64,000 nt of DNA. Origin: Trichosphaerium sp. ATCC 40318. Lineage: Eukaryota > Protista > Tubulinea. Where the stretch lies: contig JALMLS010000489.1 of NCBI GenBank assembly GCA_038496445.1, positions 62,001 to 126,000 of the forward strand. Reading direction: 5' to 3'. Shown piece after piece: positions 1 through 13,161 of the stretch (the stretch's first letter is position 1; every line of letters begins with the position of its first letter). The translations under genes were made by a program, and so were the position numbers. Below the pieces are notes generated by a model. It saw only the letters and a program-made list of their open reading frames with translations. It ran no database searches and was not told where the DNA came from.

Positions 1-983
1 ATATCAGATGACGACATTTATGTCTGGGATGTGACAGATCCACTTAATATGGTCCAAGTCCTACATTTCCAAGGTACAGTTTAGCACGTGATAAGATAGT
101 GCTTTTCTGTCATCCAGCATAGCGGAAATGAATTTCTGCTTTTTAATCGTTTTCATCAGGTCGTCAAGGCGCTGCACATAACATCTGGGTTGATGACAGT
201 TGCCGTGTCATGTATGTGACACACGAGCGTATAAACGAGCCGATCACTGTATGGAAAATGTTTGATACACCAGAAGGCGAAATTGATTGGAACACACAAC
301 CAAAATGTACACATACATGATATTCAACTACTAAGCATACTAATACTGCTAAGATCTTGGATCACTTACATCAAACCAGTTCCAAGGCACACTTCCTCAT
401 AATGTGCTTGTCAAAGATGATATTCTTTGGGCAGCTTTTTACAGTGAAGGTACCTCATATCACATGTTAAGATCAACTTTTTGTAAAACGAGAAAATAGG
501 TGTGATTGCTTGGAATATCACAACACCTGATAAACCAACACTTCTTGCTCACTATCAAACATCTAAAATTGAAAGTAAGGCCAGGTAGCATTTTCTTTCG
601 TCTGATCTTTTGTGCTTTAGGCGGACTCGCTGGAGTTTGGGGAGTGTATCCTTTCGCAAAGTCTGGCTATGTGTATGCATCGGACATGCAAGAAGGTACA
701 GGAGATTAATCACGTTATATCGCGTATCACGTGATTTTTCTTTATTGATGTGTTGTAGGTCTTTTTGTGATGGAGTTGGTTGATTCTGAACCTATTGAAG
801 AAGTCAAAGAAGAAAACTACAAGAGTACGTATTTTTATTAATCACGACATTATTCTTCTTTGTACTTATACTATCTTAACAGCGCTCTCTATTGTTCTTG
901 GAGTGGTTGGCTTATTACTTCTCTTTGCGTTAATACTTGCAATCATTATGTACTGGAAAAAGACGCCATACAAACGCGTTTAG
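1..983 (+). CDS. 3' part of a choice-of-anchor B / LVIVD-type beta-propeller protein with a C-terminal TM anchor (multi-exon, 5' end outside window)
   Basis: Spliced reading gives AHNIWVDD, HNVLVKDDILWAAFYSEG, WGVYPFAKSGYVYASDMQEG-LFVMEL, then hydrophobic LSIVLGVVGLLLLFALILAIIMY and WKKTPYKRV-stop. Confidence 0.75.
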
Positions 984-1322
984 ACAATAAACTTCATTTA
1001 GTTCACATTCAGTTTTTGGTTACAACCAAAAATAACCTTTTTGACAAAAATTGCTGATGGTAATCTCGCTACTATCTATTTTACACAAGCCAAATTAACA
1101 ATTAAATTCACCTTTTTTCGTTTTTGAAAGTGACTTTCTTGTTGAGGAACATGGCCTTTTTGGTTAACTATTTGCTTTGAATTTATTTGGCACACGCAGT
1201 TGAAACGCTGTCTTTGTTTGAAAGGATAATAAATAGGAGTTTTGTGTTAGAAGACTGAGGTGAAACGAGATATTTCGAATTCACAAAAGGTGCCATGATA
1301 CAAATTCAGGTTCATACAAGAG

Positions 1323-4300
1323 ATGAAGCTCTTTGTATTGTTTTTAATAACTGCCTCTTTGCTCTACGCTGAAGATGTGTTTCTGAAGGGTGTTGACGTT
1401 CCTGAGTTCGTCATGGAGGATGTGGATACGATTAAACGAAAGCTAGACGCTTATGATGCGTCATTGGATACTTCTTGTATAACAGATGGCTTGTACAAAG
1501 AAATGTACGTTTAATTCTGTACTGTAGCTCTCTCTAACTTCTCAAGGGCATTAATGGCATACAAAACGGCGTCGGAAGTGATGGAAGTTGAAGTTTGTGG
1601 CTCCGATGTCAATGGTATTTCAAACACCGCAGACAGTGTCGACGGCTGTGAAGTACGTTATTGTTACTATATGATTGTGTTTTAATGGCCCATAATGAAG
1701 GTTATGTACAAACCCCATCCACAAGACGAATGTGTTATTGTGCGTATGCCTGCTAGTATTGATGATATGAAAACTCTATGCTCCATGCCTGTGGTAGAAA
1801 AAATACAGCCAAGATCAGTAAGCCAAAAACTTTACACATAAAAATAACTTTTTTTTGCTTGGCATAAAAAATAGTCACGTGATTTTTTCAAAGTACCCAA
1901 ATACGTAGTAGATTGTTCGAAAATCTCGCTTCTATTTCAGGTTATGGTTTGTGTACCATATCATTCACAGCGAGCGAGGGAGGTTTAAATAAAGATGATT
2001 AACTTTTTTAACAGCTTTCAATTGCTATGCGGGATACTGTTTCAGAGGGTGATGCGGCTCACAGAGCAAATCTTGCAAGGGTTTTGGGAGAAGGATCAAC
2101 AGGGAAAGGTGTTAAGATAGGCATTCTTTCAACTTGTATTGATCTTGATGTACGTATCTCAGTGCGCTACGTTCAGTATATTATATTTATTCCTGATTTT
2201 AGGTGTTGGACAACCTTACTTCCTCAGGAGACTTAAATTCCATCACAATCATTACAGATCCACTCACAAATCAAACACAAAATCAACGATTTGGCTGTCG
2301 TAGTGAAGGATCAGCAATGGCTGAAGTTATTTTTGATTTGGCTCCCGATGCAGAGTGTACAAAACATATTGATATTGTTGTTTTTTCTAAATGCTCTTTA
2401 GTGTTCTTTGCTACTGCTGATGGTATTAGGTTCCAATTTGCAAGGAATATCGAACTACTTCGTTTTGAATACGGCTGTGATATCATTGTTGATGATATAT
2501 TTAGATTTGACCAAGCACCTTTCCAAGTGCGTCACGTGATAAATCACTTTTTTTTTGGACTGAAGTTTCCTTGAAAGTATTTTTTACTCATACTGTATAG
2601 GATGATAATATTGCACAATCAATCGACAAGGTCTCTGAAGATGGTGCTTTGTACTTTTCATCAGCAGGAAATATGCGCAGTACGACTTATGACCTAATCA
2701 TTACCTAACTACCTGTGAAAAAAATAGCTCACACATACGCTGTCGATTTCAACGCTGGATTTTTACGACCAGGGGTAGCCTTTCATAGATTTTTATTATT
2801 AGGTCCTCCAGGAAGAAGCACACTTCAACTTACTAATCCTTCAAGTACTGCTAACTTGCTTATTTTCCTTTATTGGTCAGATTCTTTTGTAAGGATTACT
2901 TACGTGCTAGTTTTTTTGACAGATTCATTTTTAGCAAACACCCATTGAGAGATATCGGCTTATAGTGCTCGACAATAATGGAGCTCTTATCCCTCAACTT
3001 TCTGATAGTCAGCCATCTAGAGAAGGTGTACCGAGCCCTTACTCGATTGTAAGACTTCCACCTGGTATTACAGTCAATTTTGGTATTTTCAATTTCGAAT
3101 ACAATGAAACTACATCTCAAAGAAGAATACGGTTGCTTATTCCAGGTATTGACATTCCTGCTCGTCCATCAAATACGTTTGGTCATTCTGCTGCCAAGGC
3201 TTCTTTCTCAGTGGCTGCAGCATTTGCAGGGTCTGGTGACCCAATACAACCTTTCAATGGCTCCACTATTACAGGTACAAACATTAATTTCACTTTTATT
3301 TTTGTTGGTCACGTACGCTCACTTTGTTCTAGAGCAATCCTCTTCACAAGGACCAGTACATATTTTCTTTGATAAAGATGGTAATATTCTGGAAGAAGGC
3401 GTTTACACTGCTGCTCAAGGTGGAGAAGTGAGGATGAAGCCAGACTTCACAGCAGCTGATGGTGTTTCTACATCAACACCTGGCTTCAATCCATTCCGTG
3501 GAACATCTGCATCAGCCTCTCATCTTGCCGCAATTGCTGGACTTGTCCTAGAAAAGTCAAGAATAAACGAAAGAGTACGTCATGTCAAATTGCCAACAGC
3601 AAAACATGTGCTAATATTATTGTATTTAGTCATACATGAACACTGTCTTCAAACTCGCTTCAATTGATATCCATACACCTGGTTTTGATACTCTTTCTGG
3701 ATATGGTGTAGTTGATGCTCTTACATCTGTTCAAATTGCTCATGGTGCTCGTCCTCATCGTGTATTTCCTCGATATCCTCAAAGCCATACTCTCGGATTC
3801 AAGAATCATCCAAACTATGATTGTCCTCATCATCTGTCGGATGTTGATGTATTCTCAAAAGATTGTACCATGGACGATGCTGCATCTCTTGTACAAGAAG
3901 CAGATGATGATTTGGCACTGTATGCGTCAAAGTTCAGCTACAACTATCACAAGTATCCGTTGTCAATCATCTTTGATATTCCAATTGAAGGTTCCTACTT
4001 GTTGAGTGGTGGTCATACGATACAACATATTTATAACCACACAATCGTTGTCAGTATTAGGTACGATATTAACATTGTCATGACAAATAACCACAATATT
4101 AGATACAAAGTGGAGGCTGAGTTCCATGTATCAAAACGAATTAAGTTTGCAGCGCTCGTTCCAGAACACAGTTATCATAATAAACACAAGAAAGTATGTC
4201 AACTTTCTTGATTCAAGTTGCTTGCTCACATTTCTATAATTAGATCGATCTTGGATACATTGATACAGAGCCAGGATACAGTGAAACATATGCAGAAGGT

Positions 4301-4432
4301 CAAGTGTTTTCATCTCAGACAATTGGATCTGTTCTAAATCGTGATCATGTGCATCTCGAAGTGAGTGTACATGAAGGATTACACAAACAACTCACGATTG
4401 ACTCATTGTCCATTCACGTGATATTTCCTTAA
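1323..4432 (+). CDS. Secreted subtilase-family (S8/S53-like, Asp-Glu-Ser type) protein, paralog 1; catalytic Asp replaced by Thr
   Basis: Signal peptide MKLFVLFLITASLLYA; motifs TVSEGDAAHRA, GVKIGILST, SEGSAMAEVIFDLAP, DIIVDDI, YFSSAGN, KPDFTAADGVST, GTSASASH, GYGVVDA; multiple GT-AG introns; TAA at 4430-4432. Confidence 0.85.
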
Positions 4433-4959
4433 AAATGCTGGTGTTCCTGCTTTACTCAATAAAAACTGTTCTAAGATGTAGTACGATGACATTTACTAGA
4501 CGGTGTTTATGCTCTCAATTGCTGACGCGCACTTTAGTGACGTATTTTACCAAAGCAAGGAATACTAAGTGACTAAATGCTTTTTAACATGGTGTCACTG
4601 ACAAACCTATAAACTGTTGCTCATACTACGTATGGAGACTTGTAAAGCAGTGAGTAGCCAAACAGTAATACAGGTAATTTTTAAGTGAAGAACTTTCTAA
4701 TTAGAAAATGCTTTGGTGATTTTCGTGTTTTTGAAGTAAATTTATTTGCCAAGTAAGTAGGTTTAATAAACCCCTTTTACTGTAACTGGTAGGTGTACTT
4801 GCGGGAGGTTTGGAGTTATCATTTTGCTTAGTCTATTTTTGTATGCATTGGATAGGTTAGAAGTACCAGAGATTTGATATCACTTACTAAAACTTGCGGA
4901 AAAAATATATCACGTGATATAACGTACTTTTGTTATTTCTGTTACTTCTAGTCGAAATA

Positions 4960-5160
4960 ATATCCTCCATTTGCACTTGTACTATCTTAATAGCGCTCTC
5001 TATTGTTCTTGGAGTGATTGGGATAATACTTTTACTTCTATTTGCGTTAGTACTGCAATAATTATGTACTGGAAAAAGAAACCATACAAACATGTTTAGA
5101 CAATAAACTACATTTAGGTAGTTCACATTCAGTTTTGTTTTACAAACCAAAATAACCTGT
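4960..5160 (+). pseudogene. Orphan duplicate of the last (TM) exon of the gene ending at 983
   Basis: ALSIVLGVIGIILLLLFALVLQ*...WKKEPYKHV* (disrupted frame) and the following 3' sequence align with 868-1055. Confidence 0.8.
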
Positions 5161-5361
5161 TCCTGAAAATTGGTGGGTCGACTATTACCTATTTAATTAC
5201 GCAAAGGTAAAACAACTTTATTTGGGGGACTACGAACACGGTTGAAACACTGTCTTTGTTTGAAAGGACAAATAAAGAGCATTTTGTAGTAAACTGAGGT
5301 GAAACGAGATACATAGAATTCACAAAAGATACCATGATACAAATTTAGGTTCATACAAGCG

Positions 5362-8300
5362 ATGAAGCTCTTTATATTGTTTTTAATAACTGCCTCTTCA
5401 TATCTCTACGCTCAAGATGTGTTGGAGGGTGACTTTCCTGAGTTCTTCATAGAGAATGTGGATACGATTAAACAAGAGCTAGATGCTTATGCTTCATCAT
5501 TTGATACTTCTTGTATTTCACTTGGCTTGTACAAAGAAATGTACGTCATTCGTTCCGTGGCTTTATCTAACATCTCCGAAGGGCGACAATGACGTACGAA
5601 AAGGCGTCGGAAGTGATGGAAGTTGAAGTTTGTGGCTCTGATATCAATGGTATTTCAAACGCCGCAGACAGTGTAGACGGTTGTGAAGTACGCTACAAGC
5701 AACATACGATTGTGTTTTAGTGACCCATAATGAAGGTTATGTACAAACACCATCCACAAGACGACTGTGTTGTTGTGCGTATGCCCGCTAATATGGACGA
5801 TATGAATATGCTCTGCTCCATGCCTATGGTACAATTAATACAGCCAAGATCGGTACGCCAAAAAACTAAAAACAATCAATCTATTTTCAGGTTTTCGTGT
5901 TAAACCCGTGAAAAATTTGGAATTTATTGTTTACAGCTTTCAACTGCTATGCGGGATACTGTTTCAGAGGGTGATGCGGCTCACAGAGCAAATCTTGCAA
6001 GGGTTTTTGGAGAAGGATCAACAGGGAAAGGTGTTAAGATAGGTATTCTTTCAACATGTGTTGATCCTGAAGTATGTATCTCAGTGTAGTTGCGCTACGT
6101 TCAATGTATTGTATTTATTTTTGGCTTTAGGTTTTAGACAACCTTACTTCCTCTGGGGACTTAAACTCCATCACAATCATTACAGATCCAGATACAAATC
6201 AAACACAAAATGTTTCCCCCTGTCGTCGTAGTACGGGATCAGCAATAGCTGAAGTTATTTTTGATTTGGCTCCCGATGTAGAGTGTACAACCCTATTCAT
6301 TGATGATGTTGTTTTTAAGTGTACTTTTTAGTGTTCTTCGCTACTGCTGCTATTTCTATATTCCAATTTTCAAGAAATATCGAACTACTTCGTTTCGAAC
6401 ACGGCTGTGATATCATTCTTGATCATATTTTATACTTTGCGGAAGCACCTTTCCAAGTGCGTCGTGTGTCACGTGATAACTCATATTGTTAATTTTACTC
6501 CAGTTTTTATAATTTTTCCTCGACAGCATTGTTACTCATATTGTATAGGATGATATAGTTGCACAAGCAGTTGATAAGGTCTCTGAAGATGGTGCCTTGT
6601 ACTTTGCTTCAGCAGGAGATCTTCGCAGTACGACTTATTAGCCTAACCATTCCCTAAACTAAGTGTTTCAAAACAATAGCAAGAGGATACGCTGTTGATT
6701 TCAACGCTAGTATGGTATCACCGGGGGTAGCCCTTCATAGCTTTACAATATTCAATCAATCAGGAGAGAGCATGTTTCAAATTACTTCTTCTTTCAATAC
6801 TGCTACCCTGCCCGTTTTTCTGTATTGGTCGGATTCTTACGTACGGGTTACCTAGTTTTTTTTTCTTTTTTTTTTTTGTGGACAGAAAACACAATATTAT
6901 CAACTACAAACAAAGTATCTCTAGCATCTTCGTAGCGCACAAGATTTTCAAAATTGTTTTTGTAGAAAGCGCGAATGACATTCGGCCAGTAGCTCACATA
7001 TTTCTATAGCAAGAAATTATCGAGACATATGAGATTGTAGCGTTTAATGTTACAACTGGAAATGTTATCCCAGAACTTTCTAGCACTGAGGGAACAAGAG
7101 GAGATGCAGTACTCCCTATTGCATTCATATCATTGCCACCAGGTGTTACTATCAATTTCGGTATTTTCAACTTCAATTACACCGAACCGTCATCTCGAAG
7201 AAGAATAAGGTTGCTTATTCCAAGAGGTTTTACTATTCCTGCTCAACCTTCAAGCACATATGGACACTTTGCTGCTAAATCTTCTTTCTCGGTGGCTGCA
7301 GCAGCAGTGTTTGATGACCCAATACAACCTTTTAATGGTTCGACAATCACTGGTACAGTTTCTATGAACTTATTGTTGTTCTTGCTAGGGTTAACTCATT
7401 GTTTTAGAATCCGTCTCTGCACAAGGACCAGTACATATTTTCTTTGATAAGGATGGTAATATTCTGGAAGAAGGCGTTTACACTGCTACTCAAGGTGGAG
7501 AAGTGAGAATGAAACCAGAATTCACAGCTGCTGATGGTGTTTCTACATCAACACCAGGCTTCAATCCATTCCGTGGAACAGCTGTATCAGCCTCTCATCT
7601 TGCTGCAATTGCTGGAATTGTCCTCGAACAGTCAGGAATAAACGAAAGAGTACGTCATGTCAAATTGCCAACATCAAACGTGCTAATATTATTGTATTTA
7701 GTCATACATGAAAACTGTCTTCAAACTCGCTTCAATTGATATCCATACACCTGGTTTTGATACTCTTTCTGGATATGGTGTAGTCGACGCTCTTACATCT
7801 GTTCAAATTGCTCATGGTGCTCGTCCTCATCGTGTATTTCCTCGATATCCTCAAAGCCATACTCTCGGATTCAAGAATCATCCAAACTATGATTGTCCTC
7901 ATCATCTGTTGGATGTTGATGTATTCTCAAAAGATTGTACCATGGACGATGCTGCATCTCTTGTACAAGAAGCAGATGATGATTTGGCACTGTATGCGTC
8001 AAAGTTCAGCTACAACTATCACAAGTATCCGTTGTCAATCATCTTTGATATTCCAATTGAAGGTTCCTACTTGTTGAGTGGTGGTCATACGATACAACAT
8101 ATTTATAACCACACAATCGTTGTCAGTATTAGGTACGAAATTTAATATTGACGTTGTCAACAAATAACCACAATATTAGATACAAAGTGGAGGCTGAGTT
8201 CCACATATCAAAACGAATCAAGTTTGCAGCACTCGTTCCAGAACATAGTTATCATAAACACAAGAAAGTACGTCACTTTCTTGATTCAAGTTGCTTGCTC

Positions 8301-8505
8301 ACATTTCTATAATTAGATCGATCTTGGATACATTGATACAGAGCCAGGATACAGTGAAACATATGCAGAAGGTCAAGTGTTTTCATCTCAGACAATTGGA
8401 TCTGTTCTAAATCGTGATCATGTGCATCTCGAAGTGAGTGTACATGAAGGATTACACAAACAACTCACGATTGACTCATTGTCCATTCGCGCGATATGTC
8501 CTTAA
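5362..8505 (+). CDS. Secreted subtilase-family paralog 2, predicted catalytically dead
   Basis: Same exon structure as paralog 1; GILSTC (D>T), STGSAI (E>T), SAGD (N>D), GTAVSASH (S>A); stop 8503-8505. Confidence 0.85.
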
Positions 8506-9741
8506 AAATGCTGTTGGTTCCTGCTTTTTCAATAAACCCGTTCTCTACCTTACACTATTCGTGTTGTATTATCTAGTAAACACGCCACACAGAGTAGGTG
8601 GTGACAAATATGTAGAACTAACGTCAATGATCGTGCTATTTCGTAGATTTGACGTGTTTTAAGTAAAAGTTGTTTTTATTTTCGAATTAAATTTTAATAA
8701 CATGCTTATTCCTTTGAATATTTTGCACCAAATCCATAAGTTAGAATATTTATTGTTAACATACCAACCTGTCATCTTCAAGTTCATAGGAGCATTCATC
8801 TGGTGTTGTGCTAGCAGTTTGAGTTCAGCTTGGTTTCGAAATTTTCAAATAATTCAAATTGAACATCTGTTGTGAACATTTCCGAGGTAGTAAAGAAACG
8901 GTACATGACGCTTCTTTTTCTACTGTATAGACTGTTAAGAATACGCTACGGATAGCTTGAAGAGTTTCACGAGGGTAGCGACGTACGTTTCGTAAACCAT
9001 GTTCATTGAGTTTAGAAAAGGAAAAAACCGAGCTCACTCGAATTAAAGATGAGAGATAGTATTTTAAATGAAGAGCTTTTATTTACGTTCATGCTAAAGA
9101 AACAGAACACAAATAGCTCTGAAGCCATTATGACAGTAGTAAGTAGATCCACAGGCTATGTCATAGCCTAAAAACCACTGTGTAGGTAGAACAACTGTTT
9201 ACAAAATGAGTCTTCTTGAGAAGAAAGTTGATGGTATGAACTGCAGATTAACTGAATTAGCAGAAGCTGTTGAGCCTATCCTTAAGAAGAAAAATAATGA
9301 AAAAAGAGACTACGTTGGGAAAATCAGTTGCTATAAATGCGGAAAGAAACAAAAAACAATGATCTACTTTCGAGACGATTCAGAGAAAAATAGACAAGAT
9401 AAATTTAGGTGTGAAGGTCATTGAGCTGTTTGTCTTGAGCACTCCGACTACTTTCAATCGCGTCAAGATATTAAAATGGTTGGCACATTTAGTGTATGAA
9501 CTGTACACTTGTTACCGTGTTAAATACACATTCGTACGAAAGAAAAATGAGCTGAGCAATATGAGATTGAAACATAAAGTTATCACTCTCCACAACCTTG
9601 CCGATCAACTAATAAAGCCTTTCGAATAAAATTTACAACTATACATTTGCTACAAAATTACTATACAACTTACTCTGGTCTAAACTTCGAAGGTAACAAT
9701 TGGTCAGGGTAAGACCTACAAATGACATTAATGGTTGAACA

Positions 9742-11307
9742 TCAGGTTTTTTTTTTGTACCAATCAAACGTAAAGTCGTGCTTCTTCGTCATCCACATTA
9801 CTTGTCGTCCTACCTGACAATTCAATACTTCTCCTTCAGTAACATCACGTGATGGTATTGGTACAGCTCTTCTCTTAGGCGGACTTCCATATTCTTTAAC
9901 TTGATCATAGATTGTACGAAACGAAGACAACGTTCCTTGATACTTCCCCGAAATTACTCCGAATCTAAAAAATCCGTCAGAAACAAACACGTGCAAGTTA
10001 TCGTACTTGATTGCTGGCCAAAAGAAAGGTATCTTGGGTACTTGCTTAATATCGCTTTTGATACATTCCCAAACACGTGACGGAGGAAGACCTTTCAAAG
10101 CATCGATAATGTCATCAAATGTTTTTGCATCATATTTCTTTGACATTATCAAAGCGATTAAACGCTCTTTGACGACCATCACAAGTTCGTTATGATCAGG
10201 TCTCAATATCTTCAATAAGAACCTAAGATACGCGAACCAATGACCACTACTCAAAAGAACATTAAACATCTTATCAGCGGTGAACAAATCAGGAACTGTC
10301 TCCGCCATTTCGTTTAAATCTTCGATAGTGACATGAGTCCAAAGCCTCATCATTGATTCACATCCAAGAGAAACCGATCCACGATTAATACCAGCAAGCT
10401 CTATAAACTTTCTAAGGTATTCTTTGGCTACCTGAAAACCGGCATACTCGTTAATATCCAATAAAGTATTAAACGCATCTGCGTTCAATTTTATACAAGG
10501 ATTAGAACTTTGAAGTCTATCGTTACGCAATCCAGTATAAATCACATGAACAACAATTACATAATCTGTACTACCCCAAGTACTATATCGAATAGGCCAA
10601 GCGAGAGGAATAGGTGTACGCCCATAAACACCGTTATACTCTACCAAAAAATGTCAAGAAAGCGCTTAGCATTTATGTAAAGAAAGAAAACACTTCGTAC
10701 TGCCATTGAAAGCATTTTGAATTGCCGGAGATTCAAATTGCCATGTGAACCCGTGTTGAAGTATTAAGTCGTTATCGATACACAGTGTCTCCATCTGTAT
10801 GATACGAGCTAGCTTCTCTATATACGATGTACTAATGTCAAGGTAATCACAACATTTCAACGCTTGCATCATCTAAAATACAATCAATAAAAATTAATCA
10901 CGTGCACTGTAACAATCAAAAAAAAGAAGAAGTGTTACAAATGTTCTCCGGTACATCCGGGTAAAAATCTCGATCGGAGAAGCACGTGATTACGTGAAAA
11001 ATTTGTTTAAAATTGTGCCATTAACGTTGTACGTTAACTACGCGAAACGTACATCTTGTAAGCAAGTCTGCTTTGAGTAATCATCTTTAGAACATAAATC
11101 ATCATATAATTCTTCTAAAGTATCTCTATAATGCAGTAATAACCATGCGAAACCCTGTTCATGCTTTAAAACAATCAAGAAGTCATCCTCTGATCTATCA
11201 CTTTCTATATCATCCAATTGAGCTGTAAGTACGCTACTCATCTCTACAAAGTCACGAGGGACAGAAAAAAGCGTTTTCTTTGCTCTCCCAACGCGAGCCT
11301 GTAACAT
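9742..11307 (-). CDS. Protein with an N-terminal SKP1/BTB-POZ-like domain and an unknown C-terminal region (about 3 coding exons; start approximate)
   Basis: LFSVPRDFVEMSSVLTAQLDD and MMQALKCCDYLDI resemble the SKP1/POZ pattern (F.V......S..L..ML.D ... L.AANYLDI); ORFs 11038-11352, 10666-10872 and 9742-10647 are separated by intron-like gaps. Confidence 0.55.
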
Positions 11308-11513
11308 TGTTGTAATTCTATGCGAAGAGTTTTTTACGTCAATCCTTAACAAGCAAATAAGTCAATCACGTGATTCAAAACCACAAAAAAAGATTCATAC
11401 TTGTCAACCGTACACCTACAGTCCTTCCACAACACGAATAAAACAACGATTTTCTCATCTTTGTGGTCAAGTTAATTCTGATGCAAATCTGATTTTTCTC
11501 GACCACCTCGCCA

Positions 11514-12533
11514 ATGAGTTTATCAAACGAAATTAGTGCGTGTAGTATCCTAAAGCTACCTTTGGAGCTTCAACACACCTTTTTAAGGCTAGATAGTCAT
11601 GTATACTTCATATGGCCTTTACTATGTTATCAAACCGCAGCAACAACACGATTTAACAATGACTTGAATAAACACGGTAAATTCCGCCAATTCGCTCGTA
11701 GGAACAAAAGAACCATCAAGGGGTACGTTGAATACAAGAATGGCGTACGCCACGGCGAATTCAAGTCATACTACGCAAATGGAAACCTTCACAAGCATCG
11801 CTTCTATGAAGATGGTAAAAAAAATGGTGAATTACTTAGCTTCTACGAGAAAGGCGGTAGACAGTCTAAAGGACACTTCGTTAATAATGTACCACATGGG
11901 AGCTTCACGCGTTGGGCAAAGAATGGTTCAATAAATGAAGAAATGACTTACATTGATGGACAACTTGATGGAGAATACAAAAAGTGGACTATGGAGTGTC
12001 TTTTCGAAGGAAGATTCCTTGAACACCATTTAAACTACCAACATGGTTTACTACATGGAGAACAAAAGAAGTATACAGGAAAGGATGAGTTAGAATCACT
12101 AATGTTCTATGAACAAGGTGTGAAACATGGAAAGTGCTTTACGTACCAATACTCAACTATAACAGAGTATAACTATGTTAATGGTAAGATAGAAGGAAGG
12201 TTAAAGAGGTACCTAAGACATAACAACAAGGTGATTGCTTTTGTTGATTTCAAGGATGGTAAGAAACATGGTTTATTTAAATCGTTCAATAATCAAACTG
12301 GCAGAGTAAATGGGCGTTGTATGTTTGTTGATGATAAGCTTCATGGTGAGTATAAGGTTTTTCATGATAATTACCAGGTATTGATGTTATGTGTTTATGA
12401 ATGCGGTGAGTTGATTAAAAGGACTTGCTGGCAGAATGATGGTACTGAGGTTGCTTTTGAACATGTCAAAGAGTGCATGCCAATTAGAAGTTTCCAACAA
12501 TGTGTGAAGAAGGTCACATCTAATTTAGCCTAA
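11514..12533 (+). CDS. Intronless MORN-variant (MORN_2/YwqK-like) repeat protein with a possible N-terminal F-box-like motif
   Basis: About 10 repeats such as Y.NG..HG....Y..NG; N-terminus ILKLPLELQHTFL resembles an F-box start (L..LP.E). Confidence 0.8.
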   Translation: MSLSNEISACSILKLPLELQHTFLRLDSHVYFIWPLLCYQTAATTRFNNDLNKHGKFRQFARRNKRTIKGYVEYKNGVRHGEFKSYYANGNLHKHRFYEDGKKNGELLSFYEKGGRQSKGHFVNNVPHGSFTRWAKNGSINEEMTYIDGQLDGEYKKWTMECLFEGRFLEHHLNYQHGLLHGEQKKYTGKDELESLMFYEQGVKHGKCFTYQYSTITEYNYVNGKIEGRLKRYLRHNNKVIAFVDFKDGKKHGLFKSFNNQTGRVNGRCMFVDDKLHGEYKVFHDNYQVLMLCVYECGELIKRTCWQNDGTEVAFEHVKECMPIRSFQQCVKKVTSNLA

Positions 12534-13161
12534 AGCATATTAATGGACTGATCCTACAAACACAGACATAAAATGTAGTATAGATTAAATAAAGTACATT
12601 TCAATTTTAATAAACAAGCTGTTATTTTAATAAAAGGTATATACCCTCCCCTGCCTGAGCAAAAGGTCTAGTTACTACTTTAATTCTCAAAATTACAATT
12701 GTAATAATACTACTGGTATTTCGTAGGTAAACAAATTCCTTTGTTGAAAAACTAGACCTTGGCAAAAATCTATTGTTTGACGTACAGATTTTAGCAAAAT
12801 TGGTCCATATTCGTACTCTACTCTCCTTAGAGCAAGAAAAACGTTTTGCATTGGAATGTGAGTAATATAAAGAATAATTTTAAAGGCTGCTAGTAGGATG
12901 TTGACTCACGTCAAATTTTGTTGCAACAATATTCTTTGTTTTTACCTTATAATATGTAGAAACAGACTTGCTTATGAAACATCGTTATATGATAACAAAA
13001 TGTAATACACCACACTCCATTCAAAAATACGGCTTATGGCATTATAATAGTTTTGTGGACACTACTTTGTCTAGAAAATTTATTTTATTGTACAAAACAA
13101 AACGAAGAAAACAAGTTGCTTGTTCTCTTCAGTTTGATATTGGCTCAGCATCATTACTGCT

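Noticed and set aside
9206-9424. Gag-like zinc knuckle (CYKCGKK)
   Set aside because: CCHC motif incomplete; no pol or LTR nearby
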